This document shows, one piece after another, positions 52,736 to 63,760 of a DNA stretch of 64,000 bases (position 1 is the first letter of the stretch; each line of letters opens with the position of its first letter). Source of the DNA: Takakia lepidozioides (Eukaryota; Plantae; Bryophyta); contig CM060734.1 of NCBI GenBank assembly GCA_030704615.1, positions 1,674,001-1,738,000 on the forward strand, in the 5' to 3' direction. The notes under the pieces were generated by a model. That model had not been told where the DNA came from and did not search any database. It saw only the letters and a program-made list of their open reading frames with translations. The translations under genes were made by a program, and so were the position numbers.

Positions 52736-55700
52736 ATGGCAGGTGAAGGGCGTCGGATGAGGACAGCAGATCCGGCAATGGAGGATGTTGATGCACATGC
52801 AGTAGGGCCCGCCCACGCAAAGAAGAAGAAGAAAGCCAAGCACATGCAATCCCCAGCGAGAGAGCCGTCACGGACTGCGGAGGGGGGAGTGAGCAGGGCG
52901 CGCGAGGGTGTCAGTTCGCCTCAATCAAAGGTGGTAGTCCTGGAGGCCTCCCCTGCTGCTACCCCTAGTAAGAAACAGAAGGCTCGTGAGAGGGCAAAAG
53001 AGAGGGCAAAAGAGAGGGCAAAAGAACAGGCGAGACAGAAGGCTAGCCAGGAGGAAAGAGAAAAGGCCACTGAAGAGGCCAGGGGTGTCAAAATGACAGA
53101 TGCCCATGTAAGTGAGGGACGCACAGAGACGGTGGATCCCTCCAAGACACCACAAAGAGGCAGTAACACACCGGTTACACCATCGCGGGCAGGAGTAGCC
53201 CCCGCAATTATCCATATGGTGGAGACTGGAGGAGGGGAAAGAACACCACAAAGAGCACGGATTGTGCAAGTTCGAGGTGAAGCCGGGGAGAGGGCAGTAG
53301 AGACGGAGAGAGTGCTCGAGGTGCTTCCGGCGGAGGATGACCATGTTGAGGATGACGAGAGGGAGCTTTCTAACCAGGATGACATCCTCCCGGACATCCC
53401 CAGGCCCCAAACCCGGAGCATACAGGCTGGATTTGGCGGTCCGGGTGGGTTGCCGGAGAACCCCCCTGCAACAGACGTCATGTCGGAGGCGGATATGAAG
53501 TTGGCCGCTGCCAAGATGTTGGAGGCAACCCACAACAACATTGGCAGGGTCCTGGGGGGCATGGTGTACCCGGCCAAGCTTCGGATTCCCCTTTGCCGCT
53601 TGGTTTCATTGCAGGTGGTGAGACCTGCCCTCCCAGGCGATATCGACAAGCTGAAATTCTCTTTCCGGGAGGGATATCGAATGGGGTCTGCCGCGTTTTA
53701 CGTTTCCATGGAGAACGACCACGGAGCTTCTCGTGCCCACACTTCCGATGAGGTGGACAAATGGGGTCCCCATTGGCAACGGCGAAATGAGGAGTTTGAG
53801 AGATTGATTGCTACTGATCCTATTTTCCAGCACTTGTCCGGAAAGATGTTTTACGTGTGGGACGGCAATCATCGCCTCCTGGCGTGGATGGAGTACATAG
53901 CCCAAGCCCACCCCAACGACCTGCATTGGCATTTCGCCGTGGAGTGTGTTGTGCTGAAGGTTGCGGGGCCCAAAGATCGCAGTCTTCCCAAAGCGGCAAT
54001 GGCAGACATCAACTTGTAAGTTCAATGCTTCTTGCTTTGGAACTTTGAATTTGAAACAATCATTTCATTGCCAATCGTCATATTTGTTGCAAATTCTCAT
54101 TTTTGTATTGTTTAATGGAAATGTGGCATTGCAGGGTGACTGAGAATGCCTTCATTGCCACCAACTTGTCCCATATGCTCTTCCGAGTGAAGGATGTCGG
54201 GAAGCAGGGGGTGCAAGAGTTTGCCAATTCGCTCAGTGCCGACCTCCTGCGCAAGTCGGAGGCAAAGGCAGACAGAACCTGGTATAGGCTGAGCATGGAC
54301 GCCATGGTGGACTACATATTTCGGGTAAAGCTCCTAACTATTTTGTTGAGCTAATCTGTCTCTCCTCCCCCAATAGAAGAAAAAGTGTTGAGCAGGATCT
54401 CTAATCTTATGTGCGCATTCTTGACAGACGAAAATTCAGCAGGATTTGGCACATGCGCGGAGGTTCTACATGGAGTCAGAGGAGAAGAAACTAACCCTCC
54501 CGGCACTGGAATCGTATCTCAAAGCTACGGAAGCGAAGGCCCGCATCAAGTACAAGTCGCGGATGTTAAAGTATGTGGCCATAGCTGATCCCGCCCTTAG
54601 TGCCGATTTTCTGGTGGAGGTGGGGAAGCACTACTCCCGCGCTCTGAAGCCCACGATGACATTGGAGAAGCTGCATCGTCTAGCCACATCGTGTGTGGAT
54701 GCAACAGAAAAGGTTATACATTCTTAACCAAATTGTCGTGGCAGCAATTCGTTTTTGTGGTGTTTGGCGCTTACTAATATGCTGGGTGGTTGGACAGACC
54801 CGGTGGCTCCAAATCTGGAATGGTTCCCAAAGTACAAGGGACATGTGGAGCTTCCCCAAACCCGACAAACCGTCCGACCCCACATTCGACATGTGGATGA
54901 ACCGCATGACATGGTGGTTTCAGGTACTTTCCCACGCTTCATTTGGGGCGTCTACTCTTGTATCGGATGGATTTATTGTATTTTTTGAGGAAAGCGGTCT
55001 GATGGAGAATTTCCACAGGTGACGACGAATGCGCAAGAGCAGCTTGACACACAAGCACATCAGTTCAAGCTGGAGATTTATGGTGAAGCAGAGAGCCTAC
55101 GTGACTATGTGATGAGGTACTTTCTGCTCTACAAAACCGACCTATTCTTTCAAGAGATACCCCATGCCCGCCGGAGCCACGAGTTCACCGACCAGCCGAA
55201 TGCGGACAAAGCAGCAATGCGCCTTCTGTACAGGTACATACGCTGTGCCTTTCTTTTTAGTCCCAACATTTCGAGGATGTAAGAGGCCTTATGTGGCGCA
55301 TGAAAATTAGTTGTGGTCCTTGGAAAAATGGCGCCGAATTGGGCCCTGGGGGATGGTTGTCTAGGGGGTGGCTGACCCTCAGTCTAGAAATTCGGCACCA
55401 TTTTTCCAGTTGCAGGCCCAGTCAGATCTGGGACTTAGCCATTCTCGGCCCCAACCTGGGAAAATGGCGCCGAATTTCCAGTTCAGGGCCCCGAAAATGG
55501 CTAAGTCCCTGGGGTGGCTGGCACCTGCACTGGAAATTCGGCGCCATTTTTCCAGTTCCGGGCACAATCAGCTCTGGGACTTAGCCATTTTCGGGTCCAA
55601 CCTGGAAAAATGGCGCCGAATTTCCAGTGCAGGGCCCCGAAAATGGCTAAGTCCCTACAGTGGCAGGCACCAAAACCGGAAATTCGGCGCCATTTTTCCA

Positions 55701-58391
55701 GTTCCAGGCCCAGTCAGTTCTGGGACTTGGCCATTTTCGGCCCCAACCTGGGAAAATGGCGCCGGTTTTCCAGTGCAGGGCCCCGAAAATGGCTAAGTCC
55801 CTAGTGTGGCAGGCACCAAAACCGGAAATTCGGCGCCATTTTTCTAGTTCCGGGCCCAGTCAGTTTTGGGACTTAGCCATTTTCGGCCCCAATCTGGGAA
55901 CATGGCGCCGAATTTCCAGTTGAGGGCCCTGAAAATGGCCAAGTCCCTGGGGTGGCTGGTACCAAAACTGGAAATTCGGCGCCATTTTTCTCCTATATTT
56001 TGCAGTTTATTCCCTAAAATTTACCTCCCGGGACCTCATTGTGTGTTTCTTGAATGCAGGTACTGCAAGTTCTCCCTTTTGGAGAAAGGTCATCTGTCCT
56101 TCGAGCCGCCATTCTTCCTCGCATGGAGGAACCCTGGGGCTGACTCCATGTACACTGACGTTATCGTGAAGGAGTGGCATCTGGAACATTTGCGCGACTG
56201 CCCTTGGTATGTGGACCTTCCGCCCGGCTCGCTCGACTCATCCGAGTTTCAATTGAAGCTGGATGCTGAGGCTCGACGAAACCGGGCTCCGCTGCCTCCG
56301 CTGGGTCCAAAGGAGGCGAGAGCGCTTGCCAAGTCCAGGAAAGCGGCAGAGCTTGCTCAGGCAGGTATTCAAGAGAAATTGAATGAGAAGAATAAAGGAC
56401 AAAAGAAAAGGACACGGAAACAGGGGAGTACAGTAACCCCCAAAAAACAGAAAACCACCGGGGCACAGAGGAGGCGCAGGAGGGGCCCCAAGGGAGTGAC
56501 TCCGACGACGACTTTGTGCAAGGTCCTGCGACTGCTGCTGCTGCTACCAAGTCACCGGTCGTCCGGGTTCCCAAGTCAGTTCGGACTGGGACTGGCTCTG
56601 CCAAGAAGTTGGCATTTGAGGGCGAGCCTACACGGCGGTATTCGGCGGTGACGTTTCCAAAGAGGCCAAAGCTAGAACCCTCAACCATCATCCAATGTGT
56701 CAATGAGAGCTTCCTTGACGCTCTGGCTGCTAGGGCGAAGAAGGTGGCACACAACAAGTCTGTGGCGGAGCAGAAGGGGAAAGCCAAGAAGAGGGCTCCC
56801 AGTACAGAGCCTAAAGACACCCTGGTTTGAATCCATGATGGAATTCTTCACGGCTGTGAGCACGGATTGCAAGAGCAGGGGGGGGGGGAGGTGGAGAGAG
56901 CCTGCGATATGATTCTCCTCGATATTCCAGATGGGAGCTGGAGGGCCTGGATGGTGTGCCCACCTGGAACAGGTTTACTGAGGACTACTGGAGAGCCGGG
57001 TTTGGGCTGGCGGGGATGCTCCTGGATGACGGTGGATGTATGGTGGTCCTTGCCACAAGAGGGAAGACCACAGACAATGTTGTGGCAAGGTGGACACCGA
57101 AAAGTGTCACCCCGGTCCTCCTCAAAAAATGGTTCTGCATCAATACGCAGGGGTTGCGAAAGAGGGCCAAAGTGTAAGTTATCAATCTATTGCATTCACT
57201 TCATATTGTGGTGTATCTGAACTAGACCCTGGAGTTGATCCCTCTTTTGTTGGATGTGCAGACATTGGTGTTTGAGGCATATTGTTTTGTGAAGAGAGGG
57301 TCTACGTTCAAATTCCGCAACGACGGTCGTCTTGTTGATGCCGCTGTGGACCCTGTTACCTACGATGTCCTCTACAACTATGTGCCCACTCCAGTATGCC
57401 GAAGGACACAAAGACAGGCAAACCGTGGCGGTACAGCCGGACCCGGAGCCCTGCTTTCATCCAAACCCTCATGGAGACGTGCTCGGATGTCCAAGGGCGG
57501 ATTCTTGACCTCACATGCGGCACGGGTAAGCCTTCACGTGCACAGTTTGTCCCCTGGCCCGATTGCAATTGCATGCCGCATGCTACTAACCGCCCGCTTT
57601 GTCCCTCAGGTGCCTCAATGTGGGCAGGGACGTTGTCCGACAGGCATGTCTTCGCCTTCGAGCCAGATACTGCCCTCCACAACTCCGAACTTGCAGCGGC
57701 TGAACGTCTGCCGAAAGAGGAAAGAGGCATCCTCGGAGGATGAGGAAGAATCCGACAAGGAGCAGGGGGAGGAGGTACAAGTGGGATCGAGGCCGAGGAG
57801 CCCCCGGTTTACGAGTGAGTGGTCGCATTGTAAGTTGCCTCCTGATTTCGTGAGGCACCTCCTTCGCTCTCTTATTTCATTGAAAGACCTTTTGCTTCTG
57901 CTGGTATTGACATTCTTAAAGTGGATTTGTTCTTACTGCAGGATGCCAAGTACTGCAGGAGGGACGTCTACACCGCAGTTCATGGGCAGGAGGAACGTGC
58001 CTTTTTTTGCCAGGGGGATTTCATGCCTAGTCCAGAAAGGGACTACATCCTTCCTACTTATGCTGCCCGGCTTGCTTCGGTGTCCATTAGGAGGTCTTCC
58101 GAACCTAGTCGTGTACAACAGATTTTAGACGAGGCAAGCCTCAAGAAAATGAAGATGAGGGAGGAGGCAGCAGCTATTAGAGCCCGTCAGGCTCGTAGAT
58201 TTGTCTTGGATTCTGCTGAGGAAAGTGGGGGAGAAGAGGCAGAATTCCCAGGAGGTGAGGTGGACAGTCCCCCAAGGAGAGGAAAGAATTTTTTGAGAGG
58301 CATAGTGGAACTGATGCATCTCAGAGCTCGGAGGATGGGGGGGATGAGGGGGATGAGGAGGAAGGTGGGGCAAGTTCCTCGGAGGGTGTAG
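52736..58391 (+). pseudogene. Spliced ParB/Srx-fold + beta-class N6-adenine/N4-cytosine DNA methyltransferase-like gene (frameshifts in 3' half)
   Basis: Exons 52736-54015, 54135-54324, 54428-54712, 54798-54923, 55019-55233, 56060-~57171, 57262-57525, 57610-~57814, ~57942-58391; the first five introns are GT-AG and in frame. ParB-like IPLCRL...VRP...YVWDGNHRLLAW. MTase DMILLDIPDG (motif IV position), LLDDGGCMVV, RSPAFIQTLMETCS...ILDLTCGTGAS...RHVFAFEPD (motifs X, I, II). Confidence 0.8.
55322..55990. repeat. Intronic array with exact 146-bp period, each unit made of two inverted halves
   Basis: GAAATTCGG at 55387, 55533, 55679, 55825 and 55971, with reverse-oriented sites in between. Confidence 0.95.
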
Positions 58392-58629
58392 GAGAGTAGT
58401 GCCCATTCCGGCTATGACAATTAGGACACACTTGTATAGATGTGGGTGCCACAAAATTGCAATAAAATGTTGCATTTCATTGCTATGACGAGTCCACTGG
58501 TGCCAAATTCCAACTTCGTATGACCCTATTTCCATGCCTCCTAACCCTATTTCCGTGGACACACAATGGTCCGCTCATGCTTTTTTTTTTTCCGCTCATG
58601 CTCATGCCGCTCATGAAATAGCAGCCCCC

Positions 58630-59480
58630 AGCCACAACGTGTGTGGATGCAACTGAGAAGGTTAATCATTCTGAACCAACTTCGACTCTTCATGCAACAA
58701 TTGTTTCCCTTACTTTATTTCGCTTACGAATATCCACGTTGGTTGGACAGACCCGTTGGCTCCAAATCTGGAATGGGTCTCAGAGTATTCGGGACATGTG
58801 GAGCTTCCCGAAACCTGACAAACTATCCGATCCCCACATTCGACCTCTGGATGAACCGCATGACATGGTGGTTTCAGGTTGTTTTCAAGCTTTTTTGGTG
58901 CTTCCCCTCTTGTATCACGTAGATTTCTGGCATTTCTTGAAGAATGCTGACTGATGGGGACTATCCGCATGTCACCGCAAATGCGCAAGAGCAGCTGGAC
59001 ACCCAAGCCCACCAGTTCAAGCTGAAGATAGCGGCAAGAGCAGAGAGCCTCACCGACTATGTGACGAGGTACTTTCTGCTATTCAAAACCGACCTATTCT
59101 ATCGAGAGATGTCGCATGCCCGGAGGAGTCATGAGTTCACCGATCAGCCGAACGCGGACAAAGCGGCAATGCGCCTTCTATACAGGTAAACCTCCTGGGC
59201 TCTTCTTACATTTGTACCCATTTTCTATGTCGCCCAATTCTTTGGCGTGGAAATGGTTGTCCCATGAGCGGCTAAGTTCCATGAGTGCCTATATCCAGCT
59301 TGGGGCCCAAAACGGCTAAGTTGCATTTCATTGCTATGACGAGTCCAGTGGTGCCACATCCCAACTTCACATGACCCTATTTCCGTGCCTCCTACCCCTA
59401 TTTCCGTGGACACACAATGGTCCGCTCATGTTTTTTCTTTTTCCGCTCATGCTTATGCCGCTCATGAAATAGCAGCCCCC
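58630..59480 (+). mobile_element. Fragment of a sister copy: paralogous cargo exons plus terminus
   Basis: 58630-59186 aligns to 54682-55233, including intron positions. 59320-59480 repeats the terminal region 58469-58629 and ends CATGAAATAGCAGCCCCC. Confidence 0.85.
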
Positions 59481-59989
59481 GAGTTCTGGTGCTGTGGGAA
59501 AGTGAGAGGGGGGGGGGGGGGGGGGGGGGCAGGGATGCTATTTCCGTGAGCCTAGAGCTGTGAGTGAGCTTGAGAGCCCAGGAGCTCGTGAGCCTAGCAT
59601 AGGCTCACGCCACATCATCTTTGAATTCGAAACTTACAGGGTCTATTTCCGCGGGAGGCACCTACTTCCGCGGATTGATTTACCTTTTTCAGCCATTGCA
59701 GACGTCATCTTTCACATCCATCCTACCCCTGGCCCTCATCTGCCCTCATCTTATAACATCGATTTCATTAATGTGCGATTGTCGAAGTGAGAGAGAATGA
59801 GTGTGCTGGTTACATAAATGAGTGTGTTGATTACAGGTTTTCATGAGAATATGAATCTCAGACAACAACAGTGCCCTCAGTGTGTTCATACTGGGTATAA
59901 GAAGGCGTGTACAGGTTTCCATGATGAAATGTATCTTAGACAACAGTGGTTTATTTTTTTCAAAAAATTTAGTTATTTAAAAATACAAA

Positions 59990-60281
59990 ACATGGGCCCT
60001 CAGATTTCGTTTGCGCCCGCGCATACCCGTTTTCATAAAATTAAATTAAATTCCGATTTCAGTTTTTTTTTTTTTTTTTTTTTGTCTGACAGGGGCCCTC
60101 AGATTTCGTATGCGCCGGCGCTTACCCGTTTTCATAAAACAAAATAAAATTCAGATTTCAGTTTTTTCTTTTTTTCTTTTTTTCTTTAAAAAAAAATTCA
60201 AAACAGGGGACAGTGGCCCTCAGATTTCGTATGCGCAGGCGCATACCGCTTTTCATAAAATAAAAGAAACTTTCAGATTTC

Positions 60282-60316
<35 letters not shown>

Positions 60317-60540
60317 CTCTTGTCCCCAAAACAGGGGACAGTGGCCCTCAGATTTCGAATGCGCCGGCGCATACCGCTTTTCATAGAATAAAATAAAATC
60401 AGATTTCAGTTTTTTTTTTTTTTTTTCCCCAAAACAGGTGACGGTGGCCTCAGATTTTGTATGCGCCGGTGCATACCCGTTTTCATAAAATAAAATAAAA
60501 TTCATATTTCAGTTTTTTTTTTTTAAACAATTTCAGAACA
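59990..60540. repeat. 5 x ~100-130 bp units containing the palindrome GTATGCGCCGGCGCATAC
   Basis: GGCCCTCAGATTTCGTATGCGCCGGCGCATACCCGTTTTCATAAAA followed by a poly-T run, near 59994, 60094, 60215, 60343 and 60446. Confidence 0.9.
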
Positions 60541-60753
60541 GGGGCAGTGGCCCAATGGTGAGTGGTGAGTGGACAGTGGTCAGTGTTCCACTACCAGGGG
60601 TCAGGGTCCAATGGTAAGTGGTCAATGGTTAGTCCACTGACCACTGACTGACAGTGTCAGTGGTTAATTGTCTTTTTTGGCTTCCTCGGATATAGGATCG
60701 CTATACAGCCATCCGTGGAAATACGTCCCCTTTCTACATGTTTTGACGACCCA

Positions 60754-61358
60754 GGCTTAGAATACCTGAAACCCAAACAGATACAGCTGCAGGCCGCCCA
60801 TAAGATGGCATTGGCCAGAATTATGTCGGAAGACGGCTCCGACAGAGTTCCTCTCGATGAGAAGGAAATGGAGGCATTGCTGGAGTCGGTGTCCCACGTC
60901 TGTTCACCGAATGTCCGAAACCACATTGTCCCTGCAAACAGAAAATTGGGCGTGGCTCGGATATGCACTCCATTCTGGAGATGAAGCTTCGATGTGGATA
61001 TGACTACATTCATGGAAGTAGGTTTCCTGGACAAGGGACTGAGGCAGATCGTTGTTTCGTATTCAAAATGTCCACGTGTGGGCCTGGTAGCAGCGTCGAA
61101 CTTGTCGACCGGATGACGAGTGGGGACTTGTCAAACAGTTGGGTCCATATCAAGCGAATTACAAATCACCAGTGGGTGACAATGGCTGCACATGTCTACG
61201 ACACCTACTGCAGGATGCTAATGACAATTGCTATTTGTGAGATGAAAGGAGAGGACACACAATCGGAGATGCTTCTTTGGCAGGGAATAAACGAACAGAT
61301 GGCCAGGGCGGGATTGCCCCCTCCCAATTTCCGTGGTTTCATGGCGGACAACGCCCAT
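60754..61358 (+). pseudogene. Transposase middle part (MULE-like DDE core)
   Basis: FPGQG...FVFKMS...WVTMAAHVYD...TIAICEMKGED...NFRGFMADNAH. Confidence 0.8.
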
Positions 61359-63179
61359 CAATGATTTCTGCAATCCCGGTGGAGGAGTTTGTGCAGCTCG
61401 TTCACGCTCAACGCTGGTGCATGAATAAAGTCATCAATAGTCAAGTTCATCCTCAACCTCTTCAGGTAAATGTAATACAGATGCTTGCACGGATAATACT
61501 TTGACCACTTCTTTGCTTCCATCAACGAGAAGTCCGTACAATTGCAAGTCGGCTCCACTCTAATCGTAATTGTGTATACGTCGTCGCGTACAGCTGAGCC
61601 GGCCGTTGCCATCCGATAAACACGCCCGAGGCCGGGTGGGGGTACGTCCACGGAGCTCTGAATAGTGCAAGCCATCCCAAGAGCATTGGCAATCCCATTC
61701 AACTTGTTGGGAGGGTGTCGTCTCTTCACTCTTCCGAATCACATTGTGGGATGTGCTGAATTGTCCAATCCGTCTCTACTGGACCGAGCAGTCTGCAATG
61801 GCTGGGTCTGAGGAACTGGAAACGAGTGGGCTGGGACGTCTGTGCGTTGCACCATTCAAAATTCTGCTTTAGAAAAAGCATCCGCCTCATTCTGAGAGAG
61901 ATTGCAACCCGGTGCAACAGGCCAGACGCCCGGAGGCTCCGGCATTCCCTGAATCATGTACTTGGGCTTGCCAAATACATAGGTCATTATGTCGTGCCTA
62001 CAGAACCAAAACATCTGCATTGTGGCGTGAGAGAATGTGGGAGTCAAAAATCGGCCGTTGAAACAAGGTGCAGGTACAGCACCGTGTGGGTTCCTCCGAA
62101 TCATCTCACCACAGCGTGCTCTGGTATCCACCCGGATGGCGCAACACTTCGAAATGCCGGCAATGTCCTTGCAATTCTCCACTGTGACTCCGACACTCTT
62201 GTCTCCACAATGGGTATGTTGTACTGTGTTACTACAGATGGCTCGTTTTGTTCCTCGGGCACGTGCCCTGTGCTCAAAAGAAATGACGATCTTGAACGTG
62301 CAGGACTTGCGGTGTTCGACAAGACCTCCTCAGGCAACATCACGGGACCACGAGGGAGCGTGCGAATATTCTTGTCAGCTCGCCATGAATCCTCTTCACC
62401 GCCAGGTGCCTCGTCAAGTCTTCATCTCACTGGACGGGTGTGAACATCTCCTTCCAAGTGTTGGTCTCTTCGAAGCAATGGCGTGTCCCGAAGGCCCTCT
62501 CGCAAGGCTGCCGCCCACTTGCGAGGATTCTTCGATCTAGAGGTAGTCTGCATCAGCATTTCCTGCCTGTCCGGCCCCAAGCCCCACTGTTTCCCTTTCA
62601 AGAACTCATTGTACCTGCATTGCTACATAATTGACCTGACAATGTCCTCCGTTGTGGCAGTGAGGATGTCCACCAGGTGCGCCGCAGAGGAGGCACGCCA
62701 GGAAGAATGTACTGATTTGGCCATGTTTGTTGTCGCTATGTCGGTGTCGGAGTCCAGACACATTTCCTGCACATGCACATGTTGAGGTTACAAGCAAGTT
62801 ACAAATAACGAGTAGCATAATATTCAACGGGACGCGAATTCGTCCAACTCACCTCCCGCATATAGTCGCCGAACTGGAGGAAACGATAATGCCACCATGC
62901 TATCCAACTGACCATTGCTCCCTCGTCTGATTTCTTTACAGCACCTGACGTTGTCCACCAAGCCCGTATACATGCAAATTGTGTCTCTACATCATCCAAG
63001 GTGGGAGCACGCTTCCACGCAAGACACATGGAACGGTGCTCCTCTCTGAAATCTGGCCGCACAAGCCGGGTTTTGTAGTGCGACAAGCTCTGCAGAAAAT
63101 GGAACCCACGAGATCTCTCCTTGCCTTCCATCAGAACATTGGGGTCTTCGTACACCCTTCGGATGGCAGCCCAATTTCC
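61359..63179 (-). pseudogene. Transposase C-terminal part (inverted block) with SWIM zinc finger
   Basis: Starts GNWAAIRRVY, then ERSRGFH (CxxH position), WIAWWH, intron 62852-62767, TTNMAKSVH (catalytic Glu position), and SWIM CNCTDF...PCKHLYY. Confidence 0.8.
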
Positions 63180-63437
63180 ACCATATGGATATTTGCAATT
63201 GCATTTTGATACATTAGACTTTGTTTTGCAGTGTAATGAATTGCACCCCAAAACTCCTTGAATGAAACAGACAATATTAAAGTGATGTCTTTTAAACACT
63301 ATGGACTGCTGGGTATCCGTTGACGTCCAGTGGCAATTCAATGACGAAACAGAATCAATACAAAGATGGCGGCAGGAAAAGTTTGCAAATCTTCCAGAAA
63401 ACTGAGTTCCAACAGTTGCAGTTGAGGGGGCCATTTC

Positions 63438-63760
63438 TGGAAAAATGGTGCCGAATTTCCCTATTTTGGGCCGAAAACTGGCTAAATCCCGACATTGTCT
63501 GGAAACGATGTGTGGAAAAATGGCGCCAAATTTCCAGTTACATGACCCATAACTGCCCAACATTTGTGCAATGCCCGGCACCATGTACTGAAATTCGGCG
63601 CCACATTTCCAAATTTTGGGCGTACACTTTAATCAAGTTGGGACCTATAACCGCGAAATTCGGCACCATTTTTCGCCGGAGACACCTATTACCGCGCAAT
63701 ACGTCGCCGATTTCTCCGCTTGCGAAACCTATTACCGCGAAATTCGGGGCCCATTTTTTG
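63438..63760. repeat. Five dispersed copies of the GGAAATTCGGCGCC site near the right terminus
   Basis: Copies near 63438, 63513, 63588, 63652 and 63737. Confidence 0.8.

Noticed and set aside
55291-55923. ORFs over the 146-bp array
   Set aside because: They lie inside a GT-AG intron (55234-56059) whose flanking exons join in frame.
58469-59480. Small LTR element bounded by ~160-bp direct repeats
   Set aside because: No TG/CA ends or PBS; better explained as the same terminus of two nested DNA transposon copies.
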